Assembly (NCBI RefSeq): GCF_006345805.1
Contig: NW_021835997.1
Span: forward strand, 186,001-250,000
Source: Octopus sinensis
Lineage: Eukaryota
Direction of reading: 5' to 3'
DNA length: 64,000 nucleotides
Shown: positions 38,325 to 50,936 of the stretch, in pieces
Position numbering within the stretch: position 1 is the first letter of the stretch
Layout: every line of letters starts with the position of its first letter
Translations under genes and position numbers: made by a program
The notes under the pieces: model-generated
What the model saw: the letters and a program-made list of their open reading frames with translations, nothing else
Told to the model about the DNA's origin: nothing
The model's database searches: none

Positions 38325-39658
38325 GTTCACCGATTTCTGATAAGGGAATTGCGAAGGCTATCGTTTCACAACGAGATAAGATTGCTCCTCTCTGCGACCG
38401 ATTACGACTGTTTGGCTCCCATCTGGGGCTGTTTTTGCTGAAAAACTTTCTTTTTATCCCCCGTTTAACATTTTTGCTCCAAACGTCTCCTTGTTTTCGC
38501 TCACGTCAAGAACTTTTGGATTTGGATGACGCGGTTACATCATCATTACAGTTACTACTGAACACTTTGTTCACTGACGTGGGACGTACACGTGCCGCAC
38601 TTCCACTCCGCTTTGGTGGCCTTGGGGTTCGTTCTTGTGCAGATCTTGCTTTGCCTTGTTATCTCTCGTCGATGTCTGCTTCCGGCAATTTCGTTCGCTC
38701 TGTTCTTATCAACTCACTCGAACTTGATGAGCTTACGGAATACCCTGTTGCTGTTCTCGCCTGGAGATCGCTCGGACTTGGCCTTCCGGAGATTCCTTCA
38801 ATACAGAAGAGTTGGGATGTCATCTGGTGCACACACCTGTTGGAGAGTCTTCGCACGCGAGTCGACCAGTTGGAACTGGCTTCTTTGAACTGTGCCTGTC
38901 AGCCTCACTCAGGAGACTGGCTAAACGCACTTCCGTTGGCGTCCAATGGTCTGCTTATGGAAGACGAAACTATACGTATCGGAGTGTGTCTTCGACTTGG
39001 ACTTGAAATCTGCCAACCTCACCGTTGTCGCTGTGGTTTTTTGATTCCTTCGAACGGTTTACACGCATTGTCCTGTAGGAGGAGTGCTGGCCGATTTCCC
39101 CGCCACGTCCTCCTCAATGAAGTGGTGAAAAGGGCTTTGGATTCTGCGGGATTCCCATCGACCCTTGAACCTATTGGGCTCTGCCGCAGTGACGGAAAGC
39201 GTCCTGACGGGATGACTATATTCCCCTTTAGAGGAGGAAGGTCTCTTGTTTGGGATGTAACTTGCGTCGACTCCTTTTCAGATACTGTGCTCACAGGAAC
39301 AGCCAGTACACCAGGCTACGCATGTGCGCTGGCAGAAGAAAGGAAGTTGACGAAGTACGCTGTGCTTCCGAACGTCGTTGAGTTTGTCCCCCTAGCCTTT
39401 GAGACCTCCGGTGTGGTTGGAAAGAAGGTAGAAAATCTGTTACGGGTTGTGGGAGGAAGAATCTCACAGAATACAAATGACCGGAGGGAGACGAGCTGGC
39501 TTTTCCAGCGCATCTCGGTTGCAATTCTTCGCGGGAACTGCCTCTCTATCCGCAGTGCTTCGTCGTCGGACTAACCCTCAAGTTCACGACATTAATTCTC
39601 TATTAATTAATTTGACTGTAAAAAAAGTTTATTAATAAAAAAAAAAAAAAAAAAAAAT
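38325..39658 (+). mobile_element. CRE-clade retrotransposon, 5'-truncated at ILGSPI, open 3' ORF, poly(A) tail
   Basis: ORF 38435-39574 (LPLRFGGLG, HSGDWLNALP, CRCG, DGKRPDG, LVWDVTC, FETSG). A-tail at about 39637-39657. Confidence 0.95.
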
Positions 39659-42219
39659 TGAAAAAATAATTGAACAAGCATGACACATGGGAAAATAAAA
39701 TAAGATTAAATGATGAAGATAAAAAGATTAAATAATACAGATGGAAAAATAAAAAAGTAATGGTGAAGGATTAAATAGTAAAAATGAAAAGATATAAATG
39801 ATGAAGGTGATAAAAAAGATTAAATTATCGTCGAAATAAAACCAATTCAATTACAGATTATCCTATATTATAAGAACTTCTGTAAATCAACAATATATTT
39901 AATCAATTTTAAACAGAAAATAAAAATTCATAAACAAAAATATCCACAACAACCAAATGAATTATGAGTAGCAACGTGGTTTTCCAAAATAAAATTAATT
40001 ATAGTAAAACGAATATTTTATTATAATATAATTAAAATTATTAATTTTTGAATTTATATATTCTGGATCATCTTCACGGACGGCGCTTAGATTGCTTGAG
40101 AGACTTGCATAACTCCAAAGTTTCTTGTTATTTTAAGATAGTTTGACTATCCAAATAGTATGAATATTTCAAAAATATCTATGCAATCAGTCCCTCTGAT
40201 GGGACACGTCCTGAGGTTAGACCCGACATCCTGATTTCTAGAATACATTACAGTCTTGCCAAAACGTCCGGGAAGACTTCTTGCCAAAAGACTGGAATAG
40301 TAATGGCTGTGGAGAAGGACTATTACTTGGAGTGTTTTCTCATATCGTCGGCCAATATTCCACATAGTCCATATTTGTGAGAAACCTCCGCCAACTCACT
40401 CCTTTCTGCTGGTATGAAAGAAGACTTTCCTCAGTATAGGCAAAGTCTCTGCGTTTAAAGACACCCAAAGTGACAGTGGATACATTTTATGGGCAGTATA
40501 TACTCAAGAAGTATTCAACCACTACAGAAATGAGATTTCATGGAGGACACAACTTGTTTCGCTCCTTAAAATGTAGAATGAGAACCATCTCCTCCCATAT
40601 GAATATAATCTACCCCGATGAGAGTCCCCCTCAGTCATCTGTTGATGTGTATTTTCTAATAAATAAACGTTTCTTTGTGCAAAAAAATATAAGTAGACCC
40701 AATAATTTCAGAATTGGAAATCAACATTGCCTGTGATATATTTGCATTTTTTAAAAATAAGATTTCCGTGCTTAAGTATGTTTAGTTCTGTCAGTTTGTA
40801 AAGTTTTCACGTTGATCTTAGAATGTAAAAAATATCATTAAATTTATATATTACTGTTTTTCATAGCGACTTGACCGGGTTGTTCAGATTGTCAAGGAGT
40901 AGTCTCCTTCACTTGTCCTTCACTCCACTCTCTACCGAGTAGGCAGCCTGAAAATGGAATAGTCCGCTCAGTTTTGAGAAGCACTTTTCTCACATGTAAA
41001 ACGTGGTCTCCCAATGAGGACAAGACGGGCAGGATCAGCACTAGCTTTTACATAACCAGGAAGAGAGATTCACAAATATTTGCCAGTTTAGTCACGTGCT
41101 TACGAAATTCGCACTCAACCATCCCCATAAGTAAACAGCAGTCATTAAAAACCTCAAAAAACGAACGAAATAGTTTCCCGCGTATATATGTTTTTGTCAA
41201 AATATTGATAAAAAGTGCACACAAGTGCCGAATCAGACCATCTGTGTGAACAAGGGATTGTTTTAGGAGAGAATATTTTTAGCTGAATTTTTTAAAATAT
41301 TCTTACTGTGCTCTTAAATATTTTTTATTTTTTGTTTTTGTTATCAAAATTTTTTTAATAGTTCAAATAACTATAATAAAATTTTACGTAATATTTTACT
41401 ATTTATTATAACGTGTCGCATGTTTTTGCTTTTAACATTATGTAAATATTAATTCATATTATTATTTATATTATTTCAAATGAATGCATATTAATATTTG
41501 CTCAGGACTTTCAATTGTTTATAATTGTTAGTTCCGAGTTCTGAATTTATCTTATCAATATTATAATATGCAATAATTGTTTATTTCATGATTTAATTTT
41601 GTTTTTTGAATTTTTTCACTAAAATCAGTTGAATAGATACTGGATTTGTCATTTTTGTAGTTTTATTTTTTGAATTGAGTTATTGATTTAATCTGAATAC
41701 TATTACGTGATCAATATTTATTGAATAACCAATCAATGCTATCAAAGGCACAAAATAAAGTGTAAAAGAGGCACTTAAATATTTTATCAAAAACAGCAGT
41801 ATACTGAAAAGCTCAATATGCACCGTAAAGAGTGTGATAAAGAATTGAAAGCTCTTGAGGTTTATATCATTTTAATGCGAACTTTGCATTCCCTAGGTCT
41901 TTGACATTTATTATTTTTTTGCAATTGTTTAATCAGGAATTAAAATTATAATGTTCGTTTTCTTGGGACTTATTCTTTTTTACGTTTTTCTTTCTTTCAA
42001 AATTTTCTTTGAGTTGACTGGACTATAAAAGGAATGTCGCTGAACTGATTATTAATATCTATCAGCAGTTTAGTAAAATCTCGGTGGTTGGGGGGATGAC
42101 CTCTGATATAGTTTACTATTTTCGTGACCAAACTAATGGTATTTTTGATTTTTATTATCTTTTTTTTTCAACCAAAAATTTTTGTTACAAAATGTATTAT
42201 TAATCGTTAATTTTTTTTA

Positions 42220-42940
42220 TCAATTAACACCGAAAATCGTCAAGTCCCAGCGGCAAGGACGCAGTGTGCGTTGCCCGAACAATGGCCAGACCGATGCGCT
42301 GGCGGAACCAGAGACCCTCTCTCGTGTCCTTGAGCCTCCTCCCAATGGACTGCCCGACCTCTTTGAGGAACGAGTCAGTCTCCTTTCCAGCTGCTCCAGC
42401 GGTCTCCAGGGCGATTGCCGTAACGCAGTAGCGGTCCGCAAGCGAAGAATATTTGTGTAGTTTCATCTTTTCGGCGTGGTTTGCAGCTGAACAAGGGTTT
42501 GCGGCGGAAGAATGGATCCTCGATTTTGAAAAGGTATCCACAACGGTAACGTCACATACGAGGGCCTTCCCCGACGATTACGGGAATATTGTCATCCCGT
42601 CAGGCCTTTTGCCGTCTCCCCGATCGAGTCCGACCGGTTCGAGACCGCCCTTCACGATTTCATCGAGGGCCTTGTGTCTGTGTTCTCTGCCTGCGCTCCT
42701 CTTGCAGGAAAGTGGGTGCAGTCCCTTTTCGTCAACGTTCTCACCGCATCTGCAGCGGTGTCTTGCGCAAACATTCAGGCCGAGACGGTGAGCCACTCCG
42801 ATGCGTATGGCAGCATCGTCTAGCCGTGTCCCGATGCTGGAAAGAGGAAGAACATTCAGCCAGCTGCCAGAGTGAGGGGCGGATGCCGCACGAAGGCATG
42901 CCAGGCGGTGTTGGTCAAGGGGTTTTTTATTATCCTTGAG
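42220..42940 (-). mobile_element. CRE-clade 3' fragment
   Basis: HSGSWLNVLP..CRCG..HPLSCKRS..DGKRPDGMTIFP, then ALETAG..QRIGLAIVR after a frameshift. Confidence 0.9.
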
Positions 42941-43039
42941 CACAAATATTGCTGATGAATAATACAATGAAAATGAGCAAATGATGATTATTATTATTTA
43001 AGCCAAACAAAATCACCGTCTTAACCATTAACTAACACG

Positions 43040-43500
43040 TTCAGGTGATTCCGACACTTCTCAACAGTCGAGCCATCTTTTCACGATGTTCAGACCGTGA
43101 CCCCACACACTTTCTGTATGTACGGTGAATGGTTTGTGGTCCATTTCCACGATCCCCCCATTTGCCTCTACGAGAGACTCCAGTGTTCTATGGACAATTT
43201 CCCTATCGGTATGGTCCTTCAGTAGGTTGATAGATCTTTCTTGATTTTTTTCGATTTTTAGCCGGTTCGTTGCCGCCAGGTTACAGCCCCAATCAGCACA
43301 TGCATAGCCTATTGTTGGCTCGATACACTGCTTGTAAAGGGTCTCTACCCCTGGCGGACAAGTTCTCCCACAGTTCCAAAGAAAGGCTTTCACAAAATTA
43401 ATTTTCTTTATACAAGTTGACACGATCGATTCAACATGAGGTGAAAAACAGAGGAAACGGAAAATACAATCAGATTCTACGTGAGGAACATATGACATGG
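43040..43500 (-). mobile_element. LINE ORF2 C-terminal remnant
   Basis: FSPHVESIV..LYKQCIEPTIGYACADW..LKIEKNQ resembles the Jockey/CR1 post-RT region and ORF 4233-4499. Confidence 0.65.
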
Positions 43501-43792
43501 AAAATACAATTAAAAATTTTAAAAATAATCAATACATAAGTTTTGGGATAAATTGTGAATTTTTATGATTAATCTTAGGGAGACGAAGTGCAGTATAAAG
43601 GATATCTGCTACTTAGTCTTCCTACATAATTTTTAGTAGGTGCGACGCTAGGGGTGAGACTTACCTTCGAGATTACATCCTCAACTACCTGTCGGGTTGC
43701 CTCCTTGAACTTAGGGCGAATGGATGCACAAATTTTATTTTACGGTTGATGTGACATCTAGATAAACTTTTTTTAAAGATAAAACTTTTATT

Positions 43793-44110
43793 CTAAAAAC
43801 CAAAATCATAATAAACGAAAGAAAGAAAAAGACTAAGCTGAACTTGCCGCATGATTGATAGACAATTCCCGCGTAAGACGACCAGCGAGATCCTCTGGAT
43901 CAGAAACGTAAATTCCCTAAAATCACTGGAACGACGGATCCATAAACCGCCAATTTTATTAAGGTTAGGAAAAGTTTTGGCGCAAAAAACACAAGACGTC
44001 TCCACGGCAATAGCCCAAAAGCAGAAACAATGAACCAAATGGCTCTACTTCGAAATTTTCAAAGATTCATCCTTCTCTGCCGCCGAACCGTGTCTAAAAG
44101 CAGAAGAAAC
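43793..44110 (-). mobile_element. CRE-clade extreme 3' fragment
   Basis: AIAVETSCVF..FLIQRISLVVLRGNCLSI. Confidence 0.8.
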
Positions 44111-45049
44111 TAAGGTTCTCTTTGAGAGAGAGTCTTTCCCAAGAAAGTTGTTTCCCGGCTTCAAAAGCAAACTTCTAAATAAATAAAATTCAAAGAAATT
44201 GAAATATGACATTTTTAATCTTGTGAAGGCGATATTGTTCAAAAAAATTAATTCCGTTCAAGAGAATATAATACAGGATGTTTTACATTTTCCCAAATTA
44301 CGAAATATGTGGAAGAAATAATTTTTCGAAACTGTCAAAAATTAACTCTTCTTTAAAAGTATTTACCGACCCCTGAATGTTTTTTTCTTGTGTAAGCTTC
44401 TCGTTTTAGACATTGTCAAAATTCTTTCGAAGAAATATTGAAATAAAGACAATTCTTCTAATCAATAATTCGTCTAATATCAAATCTTATTAGACGGGCG
44501 CATAAAGTCTGTGATCAACTAATAATAATTATTATTAATTGCACATCTGCAACAACAAGAAAGAAAGTTACAATCTTCCCGTCGCTTGTGCCACACACTC
44601 CGTAATAGTTGCATCTAACTGTTCTGTTTTGAAAATGGAGTATAAGTCTTGGTTCTAGGAGTATAAGTCTTCATTGGATAGTTACGAATTTAGTCAATTG
44701 GGACCAAGCCAAAATTGGCGACTAAGAGAATTTGGCGAATAAAAGAAATAATCAATATCCTATCTTCTGTCAAAAATAATTTTCTATAACTTTTAACTAC
44801 CTATTTGAATGATTCTAAACATTTAAATAAATATCTGAAACATTTATTAAAAACCAAAATAGCCTGTAGACGAGTTGTCGCCTAACTCGCCTAAATTTAT
44901 TTGGTGACAACTCGTTTACGAAGAAAAATATTTTAAGGGTAAATAAAATAAAATTTTAAAATAATTACTTTTTATTCTGAACTTTTAAAGCAAATCAAAC
45001 CATCAATTAGCTTAAAATAGCAATCTACTTCAAATTCATGAAAATTTTA

Positions 45050-45440
45050 ACATGCTATTCTCAGTTCAAGTTCCTTTTTGCAGTCTGTCGCAGACACTTC
45101 AAGATACCTTCCTGACTTAATTTGTGTCATTATCACAAAAAGTCTGTTCTTCCCTGGCCAAAACATTGACAAAAGCTGCCAAATTTGGGTGCGCTCTGTT
45201 AAAAGAACTGTTCAACAGCTAATGCCAACCTTTTAATGAATTAGTTGTCCTAGGCACTGACTTTAATACCTGATGAAAACAACTCCAAAAACAAGATGGG
45301 TCAGCAATAAAATGTTTTTTAAAATAAATCAGAAAATTCATTATTTTTTGGTTGTTTTCTTTTCCTGTAGCATCAAGAGAAAATTTTTCAAATTCCAATA
45401 AAACATTTTCCACAGGGATGAAAGCCAAATGGTAGCATTT
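45050..45440 (-). mobile_element. MULE transposase fragment
   Basis: CYHLAFIPVENV..FLIYFKKHFI..W..PRTTNSLKGWH matches the MULE RTNNxxEGWH motif. Confidence 0.8.
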
Positions 45441-46660
45441 CCTTTCTGTCATGCTGTTTGTCTCCAAATTATCTGCCCGCTCAACATGGTGTCGGCGTTT
45501 CAAGGTTGCGAGGCTGCGGCCCATTCCTTTCGTGAACTGTCAGAATCTTCCGAGGAGTTTATCATGGTCAAACTGGACGTATATAATGCTTTTAACTCCA
45601 TCAGACGGGATCACTTACTGGAATGCTGCCGCGAAATGGCTCCTTTCGCATACCCAAGCATACTTATGTTTGACGACGTCCCTCTCGGCCATTGGCCTAT
45701 CCATTAATGCAAATAAATCTTTTTTTAATTATTAAAAATTTAAAATAATTAAAGCTTTTAATGAAAAAGCCAATTCACATACTTCATAATTTTCATCTTT
45801 AACAATAATGTATCTTTTTCGTGAATGTCTCCCCCATTCTGTCCAATCCCCTGTAAACATTTGGTACCTAGACGACGCAACTATTTGCGCTCCTCCCGAA
45901 GTTGTTTTTGACGACCTCCGGATTATCCTGCTATCCCTCTCGGCCATTGGCCTTTCTATTAACGCAAATAAATCTGAAATTGTGAATATCCACCTTCAAC
46001 AAAGTTTGTTCTCTGCCGCCGCCTCTGTTTGCCGCAATATTCTTCCAGACGTTCGTATTACCGAAAAGTCTAATTTATCCACGCTAAGATGTGCACCCTG
46101 TTTCCACAGAAGTGACCTCCTATCTGATTTGGATTATATCCTTACGCTCGGTATGAGCTCCCTATGCAATCTTGCTTTTGACGATTCTGGCTGGTCTCAG
46201 GCGACCTTACCTGTGCGCTGAGGCGGCCTTGGTCTAAGATCCTGTTCCGATTTGGCTTTTCCGGCTTATCTGTCCTCTCATTCTGCCTCCCGCACTCTCT
46301 TAGACATCGTTCTCCGAAACCATCTTGACTGCAGATTTTGCCGCGACAGGTCTCTTATGGAAGGCCCGGTTTTACTCGAGGCGGCCTGAGTCTGAGCACT
46401 ACCAGCGCCAGTGGGACGAGATTGTATGTCGTTCTTTGTACGAAGAACTCACCCCGAAACTTCACCAACACAGCCGCCGTTGAGACCTCTGGGGTCTTTG
46501 GCCGAGTGTCGCTTTGTTTCCTACGCTGTTTGGGGAGAAGAATCGCCAAAAGGAGGGACGACCAGAGAGAGTCCTTTTGGCTTCTTCAACGTCTCTCTAT
46601 TGCCGTAATCCGCGGCAACTGTTTCGCAATCCGTGAGGCTGGGAGGGCTCCCTGAACTGC
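45440..46660 (+). mobile_element. CRE-clade element, rearranged and internally deleted
   Basis: GCEAAAH..VKLDVYNAFNSIRRD, NIWYLDDAT..IGLSINANKSE, ATLPVR, AVETSG..QRLSIAVIRGN. An AT-rich insert lies at 45720-45830. Confidence 0.85.
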
Positions 46661-46859
46661 GTAGACTTAATTAAAATTATTTTATTTTTGACGAAATATG
46701 AGATTAATCCCATTAAAAAATGAGTAAACAAAGTTGGGTACGAGTGTCCGAAAAAGATACATTATTGTTAAAGATGACAATCAAAAAATTCATTTAAAAT
46801 TATGAAGTATATGAATTGGCTTTTTCATTAAATGCTTTAATTATTTTAAATTTTAACGT

Positions 46860-47240
46860 ATCTCTGGGGACTTGGTCTTCGTCCTGCTTGCAACCGAGCC
46901 TCGTGAATCAAGCCTGTAAGCTAGCTTCAGAGCATAGCGCCGGGTTTATTTGCATTTTCTGTTAATTTTCCCAAGATCTTTGGAGTAGAACCACGCTTCC
47001 ATCACGCACAGCAAGCAGCTGGGACGGTCAATTTCAGCTAGAGGCCCAGGACTCTGATCTGGTGACTTTTTGGTGTTAATTTGCAGATAAGCGGATTTGT
47101 CTATTGCTAGCGAGAGCCGCTTATTGGTGCACCGCTCCTTTATCACTTCAATGTAGGTGGCAAGTTTTTTTTCTGAAATCTTTGCGCCCTTTGAGGTGTC
47201 TAGGATGAGGACGTCATCTGGTATATTGAACAAGTCATTA
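46860..47240 (-). mobile_element. Jockey-like RT thumb fragment
   Basis: DDVLILDTSKG..RLSLAIDKS, similar to the YADDILVLDSS..GLTLSREKS region of ORF 4610-5605. Confidence 0.65.
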
Positions 47241-47690
47241 AATTTACTTATAAAGAAATAGTAAAAACAGTAAATTAAATATTTTATTAAATAATCTCGA
47301 AAAATCAGCGTTAAAAATAGGTTTAAACTCGTTTATTTTGCAGCAAGATAATGCTTTTTAAGAGTCAGTCGGCCTCTCCCAAACTTAAATTACAGGAAAG
47401 TTTTTGTATCTTAAATATTGTGTAGTTAGTTTTGAATATATTTGGTTTCTGAAACTCGTTTCTGAAATAAATTGTTATAAACTAAAAAAAATATATATTT
47501 GGTTTATATTGTAATATTTTAATTATAATTTATTTCTAAATATATAATAAAATAAATGTCACATGTATTTCGTGCTTAGCTGTACTTTCTTATGTGCCCA
47601 AATTTATTAATTTGGTCAATCCGGAAAGTGACATAGTATCGCTAATTAATGGATCATACCGTACATTTTAATAGTACAAAATTCTCTGAT

Positions 47691-47738
47691 GTGATGAAAT
47701 GATAGGGACAAATGATTAATGATTACCTATTGTTCTGA
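47691..47738 (+). ncRNA. Candidate box C/D snoRNA (SNORD74/snR64-like guide)
   Basis: C box GTGATGA 47691-47697, guide GATAGGGACA 47701-47710, D' ATGA 47712-47715, C' ATGATTA 47719-47725, D CTGA 47735-47738. The guide is complementary to conserved LSU rRNA UGUCCCUAUC. Confidence 0.6.
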
Positions 47739-49128
47739 TCAACTTTAGTCATTTGAGAGACTATTTTTAGCATACTTTATTAATATATTCAAATCTATCG
47801 ATTCGAGAGCCAATTTTACAAAAAATTAATATTCTTAATATTAGTTTAAATTTGGAATAGTATTATTTTTCAATAAATTTGATTATTTTTTGTCGTATAC
47901 CTCTAAGTTGTATTAGATTATCAATTAATGAGAAAATTAGAATTTGTACATGTAATTGTGAATCTAACAAAAAAATAAGTGACTATCTAAATATGACTCA
48001 ATAAGTCAAAATACTTTGTCAATGGAGAAAATCCTGATGTATTGAAAAAATCTCGTGGTGGAGATTATTCTTCTAAATTTAATAATTTACACAAGCAATG
48101 ATTTAATATTGAATATAAGAAAATAATTTTAAAATTGATAAAGACCCTCTCAAATTTACCAAATTGTCGAATTCAAAATTTTCGTAATTCACATGATATT
48201 TGCGTGATCATCTATATCTACATTTTCCTGAGAAGCACAAGTTGTATTCACCTTTAGAGATCTAAAAGCTTCTGAAAGATTTACTCTTTTTTCATTAGAT
48301 TCCTCTTCAAAAATTGTTTCCTATGTCTAATTATAAATAAAATCACCAACCGATTCAACTTTTTTGACTGTAATGTATCAGCTTGTTCAGATTTTTTTGA
48401 ATTGCATTAGCTCTTCATTTCTATTATATACACAATCAACATATTCACTATAAATTATTGGATCGTCAATTTAAAATGTCTTAATTATTTTTTATATAGC
48501 AACCCACTGCTTGATATAAATTTTTCATCATTTTTTCAAAATTCAAGAGGTTTTGAAATTAACATCGAATCTCATAGAATTGATCTACGTAATTCCATTA
48601 AGTCAATCCATATTATCGCTTTAACAGTTTCATTAAATTTGAGTTTTGGAATTGTTGTTATGTTTAAATTTTTTGATATTTGTCACATTTAAACGTTCTA
48701 TTTTATTTAAGATCTTCAGAGAAATTTTCTCTTTACTCGTGAAGAAAAAGAAAAAAATCTTGGAAAATTGAGAAGCAGAAACAAATGGGTCACCTAAATA
48801 TAGCATAGTATAGAAATTTTTTGTTGCTAAAAAGTTTAACACAATCCGTCACAATTACAATGATGCGTGTAATAAATATTTTAAAATTTTGATTAATTTG
48901 AAGAGAGGATTTTGAATAATCCATCGAAATAATTAAAAGAAGCTGAATCGAAAAGCGACGGATTTAAGAAATTGCAGTATATTTGTCTTTTATTTCTAAG
49001 AATAAATAAAACATCGTGTGCGTAATTTAATCATTAGAGTTTGTTTTTTATGATTATTATTTGTACAATCAATTAATGTCCTCTTTTTTTATCTAGATGC
49101 GGATTGATAAATAATTAAAATACCACAT

Positions 49129-50936
49129 TTGTGTCATTTAAACATATCATTTCACAATAATAAGAAATGTGGAATAAAAAGTAAAAATAATTTATTTAAA
49201 TTTAGAAAAAAATGGAGTACGAACGATCTGATCGTAGATAAAAAGCTACACAGAACAAGTATCTTGCAAAATATTTTGTACTTTGCAAAAAACGAAATTT
49301 TTTATGACAAGCTTATCGGTCCACAACAACTGTGGGAAGGTCACCGAGAAAGCATGTGTGAAGATATATTAAGAGAGAAGAATAGATTGAGTTTCGATGC
49401 AGAGATTTTCAACATTGGATTAATCATGATAGATAGATTGCTAATATCTATCGTTGGTAAGAGTGTAGGTGAATTTGGTTTTATAATCAGCGATATTCAT
49501 AATATTAATTCATTTGATGAGCATTATAATTTAGAAGAACTTCGAACAATAGTGGAAGAAAGAGAACAAAGCTTAACCACTGGCCAGTTGGAGGTATACA
49601 GAGAAATTAATCGAGTCATCCAAGAAGAAAACGGTTCTATCATTTTTATTGATGCACCGGGTGGAACAGGTAAGACCTATCTTCTAAATCTATTATTAGC
49701 TAAGGTCAGAAGCGAAAATAAACTAGCTTTAGCAGTTGCATCTTCTGGAATTGCTGCAACTCTTTTAGATGGCGGTCGAACCGCACATTCGACATTCAAC
49801 ATTCCGTTGAATCTCTCATATACTACTGAATCGGTTTGTAATGTAAAAAAAATTCAACTACGGGTAATAGAATTATGCATTCTAGGTTAATTGTTTGGGA
49901 TGAATGTACGATGGCTCATAAAGGCGCATTCGAAGCAGTTGATCGAACATATAGAGATATCAAGAATTGTAGCGACCATTTATTTGGGGGAGCAATAGTT
50001 GTATTGGCAGGTGATTTTAGACAGACGCTGCCAATTATTCAAAGAGGGACGCCTGCGGATGAATTGAATGCCTGCCTCAAATCGTCATATTTGTGGACAC
50101 ACGTGAAAAAGGTAAGCTTAGATGTAAATGTACGTGCACATTTACAAGGCGTTAATAGCATATTCCCACAAATCCTTCTAGATATTGGAAATGGGGCAAT
50201 CACTTCAGAAATGCAAGACCAGAAAATTAGGCTACCGGAAGAATTATGTATTTTCGTAGAAACAGCAGAAGAATTATTGAATGCCGTCTATTCCGAACTA
50301 TCTGAACACTACGTGAATTTCGACTGGCTGCGTGAACGAGCTATATTAGCTCCACTTAATGATGAGGTACTTAATATAAATTTAGATTTATTAATGAAAA
50401 TCCCTGGCAGAGAAAGAATATATAAATCGGTCGACGTTATTATGGACCATGAAAGGGCCTGCGAATATCCTGTAGAATTTTTAAATTCCTTAGATCCATC
50501 TGGAATGCCGAATCATCTATTGAAATTAAAAATAGGTGTACCGGTTGTGTTACTCCGCAATCTAGCGCCACCTAAATTATGCAATGGTACAAGGTTGGTT
50601 ATCAAGAATTTGATGGCTAACGTAATAGAAGCGACAATATTAACAGGTAATTACAGAGGTGAGGATGTTTATATCCCACGAATACCTCTGATTTCGGAAG
50701 AATTACCTTTTAGATTTAAGAGACTACAATTTCCGCTGAAGATAAGTTTTGCTATGACAATAAACAAGGCCCAGGGACAGTCTTTAAAGGTAGTAGGCTT
50801 ATTTTTAGAGAACGAGTGCTTTTCACATGGCCAGCTGTATGTGGGGTGCTCAAGGGTAGGTAGAAGAGAAAATTTATTTATATTTGCCAAGGATGGACGG
50901 ACTGCAAACATCGTTTATCCACAGGCCTTAGAATAA
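49129..50936 (+). CDS. Chimeric kinase-5'/Helitron helicase ORF created by the duplication junction (frameshift at A8 49845-49852)
   Basis: ..[10 protein letters not shown]|[20 protein letters not shown] in one frame, followed by the 353-aa helicase ORF identical to 37002-38063. Confidence 0.75.

Larger units (their letters stand above)
36448..49320. repeat. Copy 1 of a ~12.87-kb tandem duplication
   Basis: All ORFs recur at offsets of 12873 to 12870. The junction reads ..gcttatcggT|ccacaacaac, with a 1-nt T microhomology. Confidence 0.97.

Noticed and set aside
38592-39635. Overlapping and antisense ORFs within CRE and LINE copies (also at 6801-7624 and 30906-31628)
   Set aside because: These are shadow frames of GC-rich coding sequence with no independent motifs.
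48100-48900. Possible minus-strand host gene head-to-head with the kinase
   Set aside because: Some coding-like pieces and a possible micro-intron are present, but I could not build a consistent model or recognise a product.
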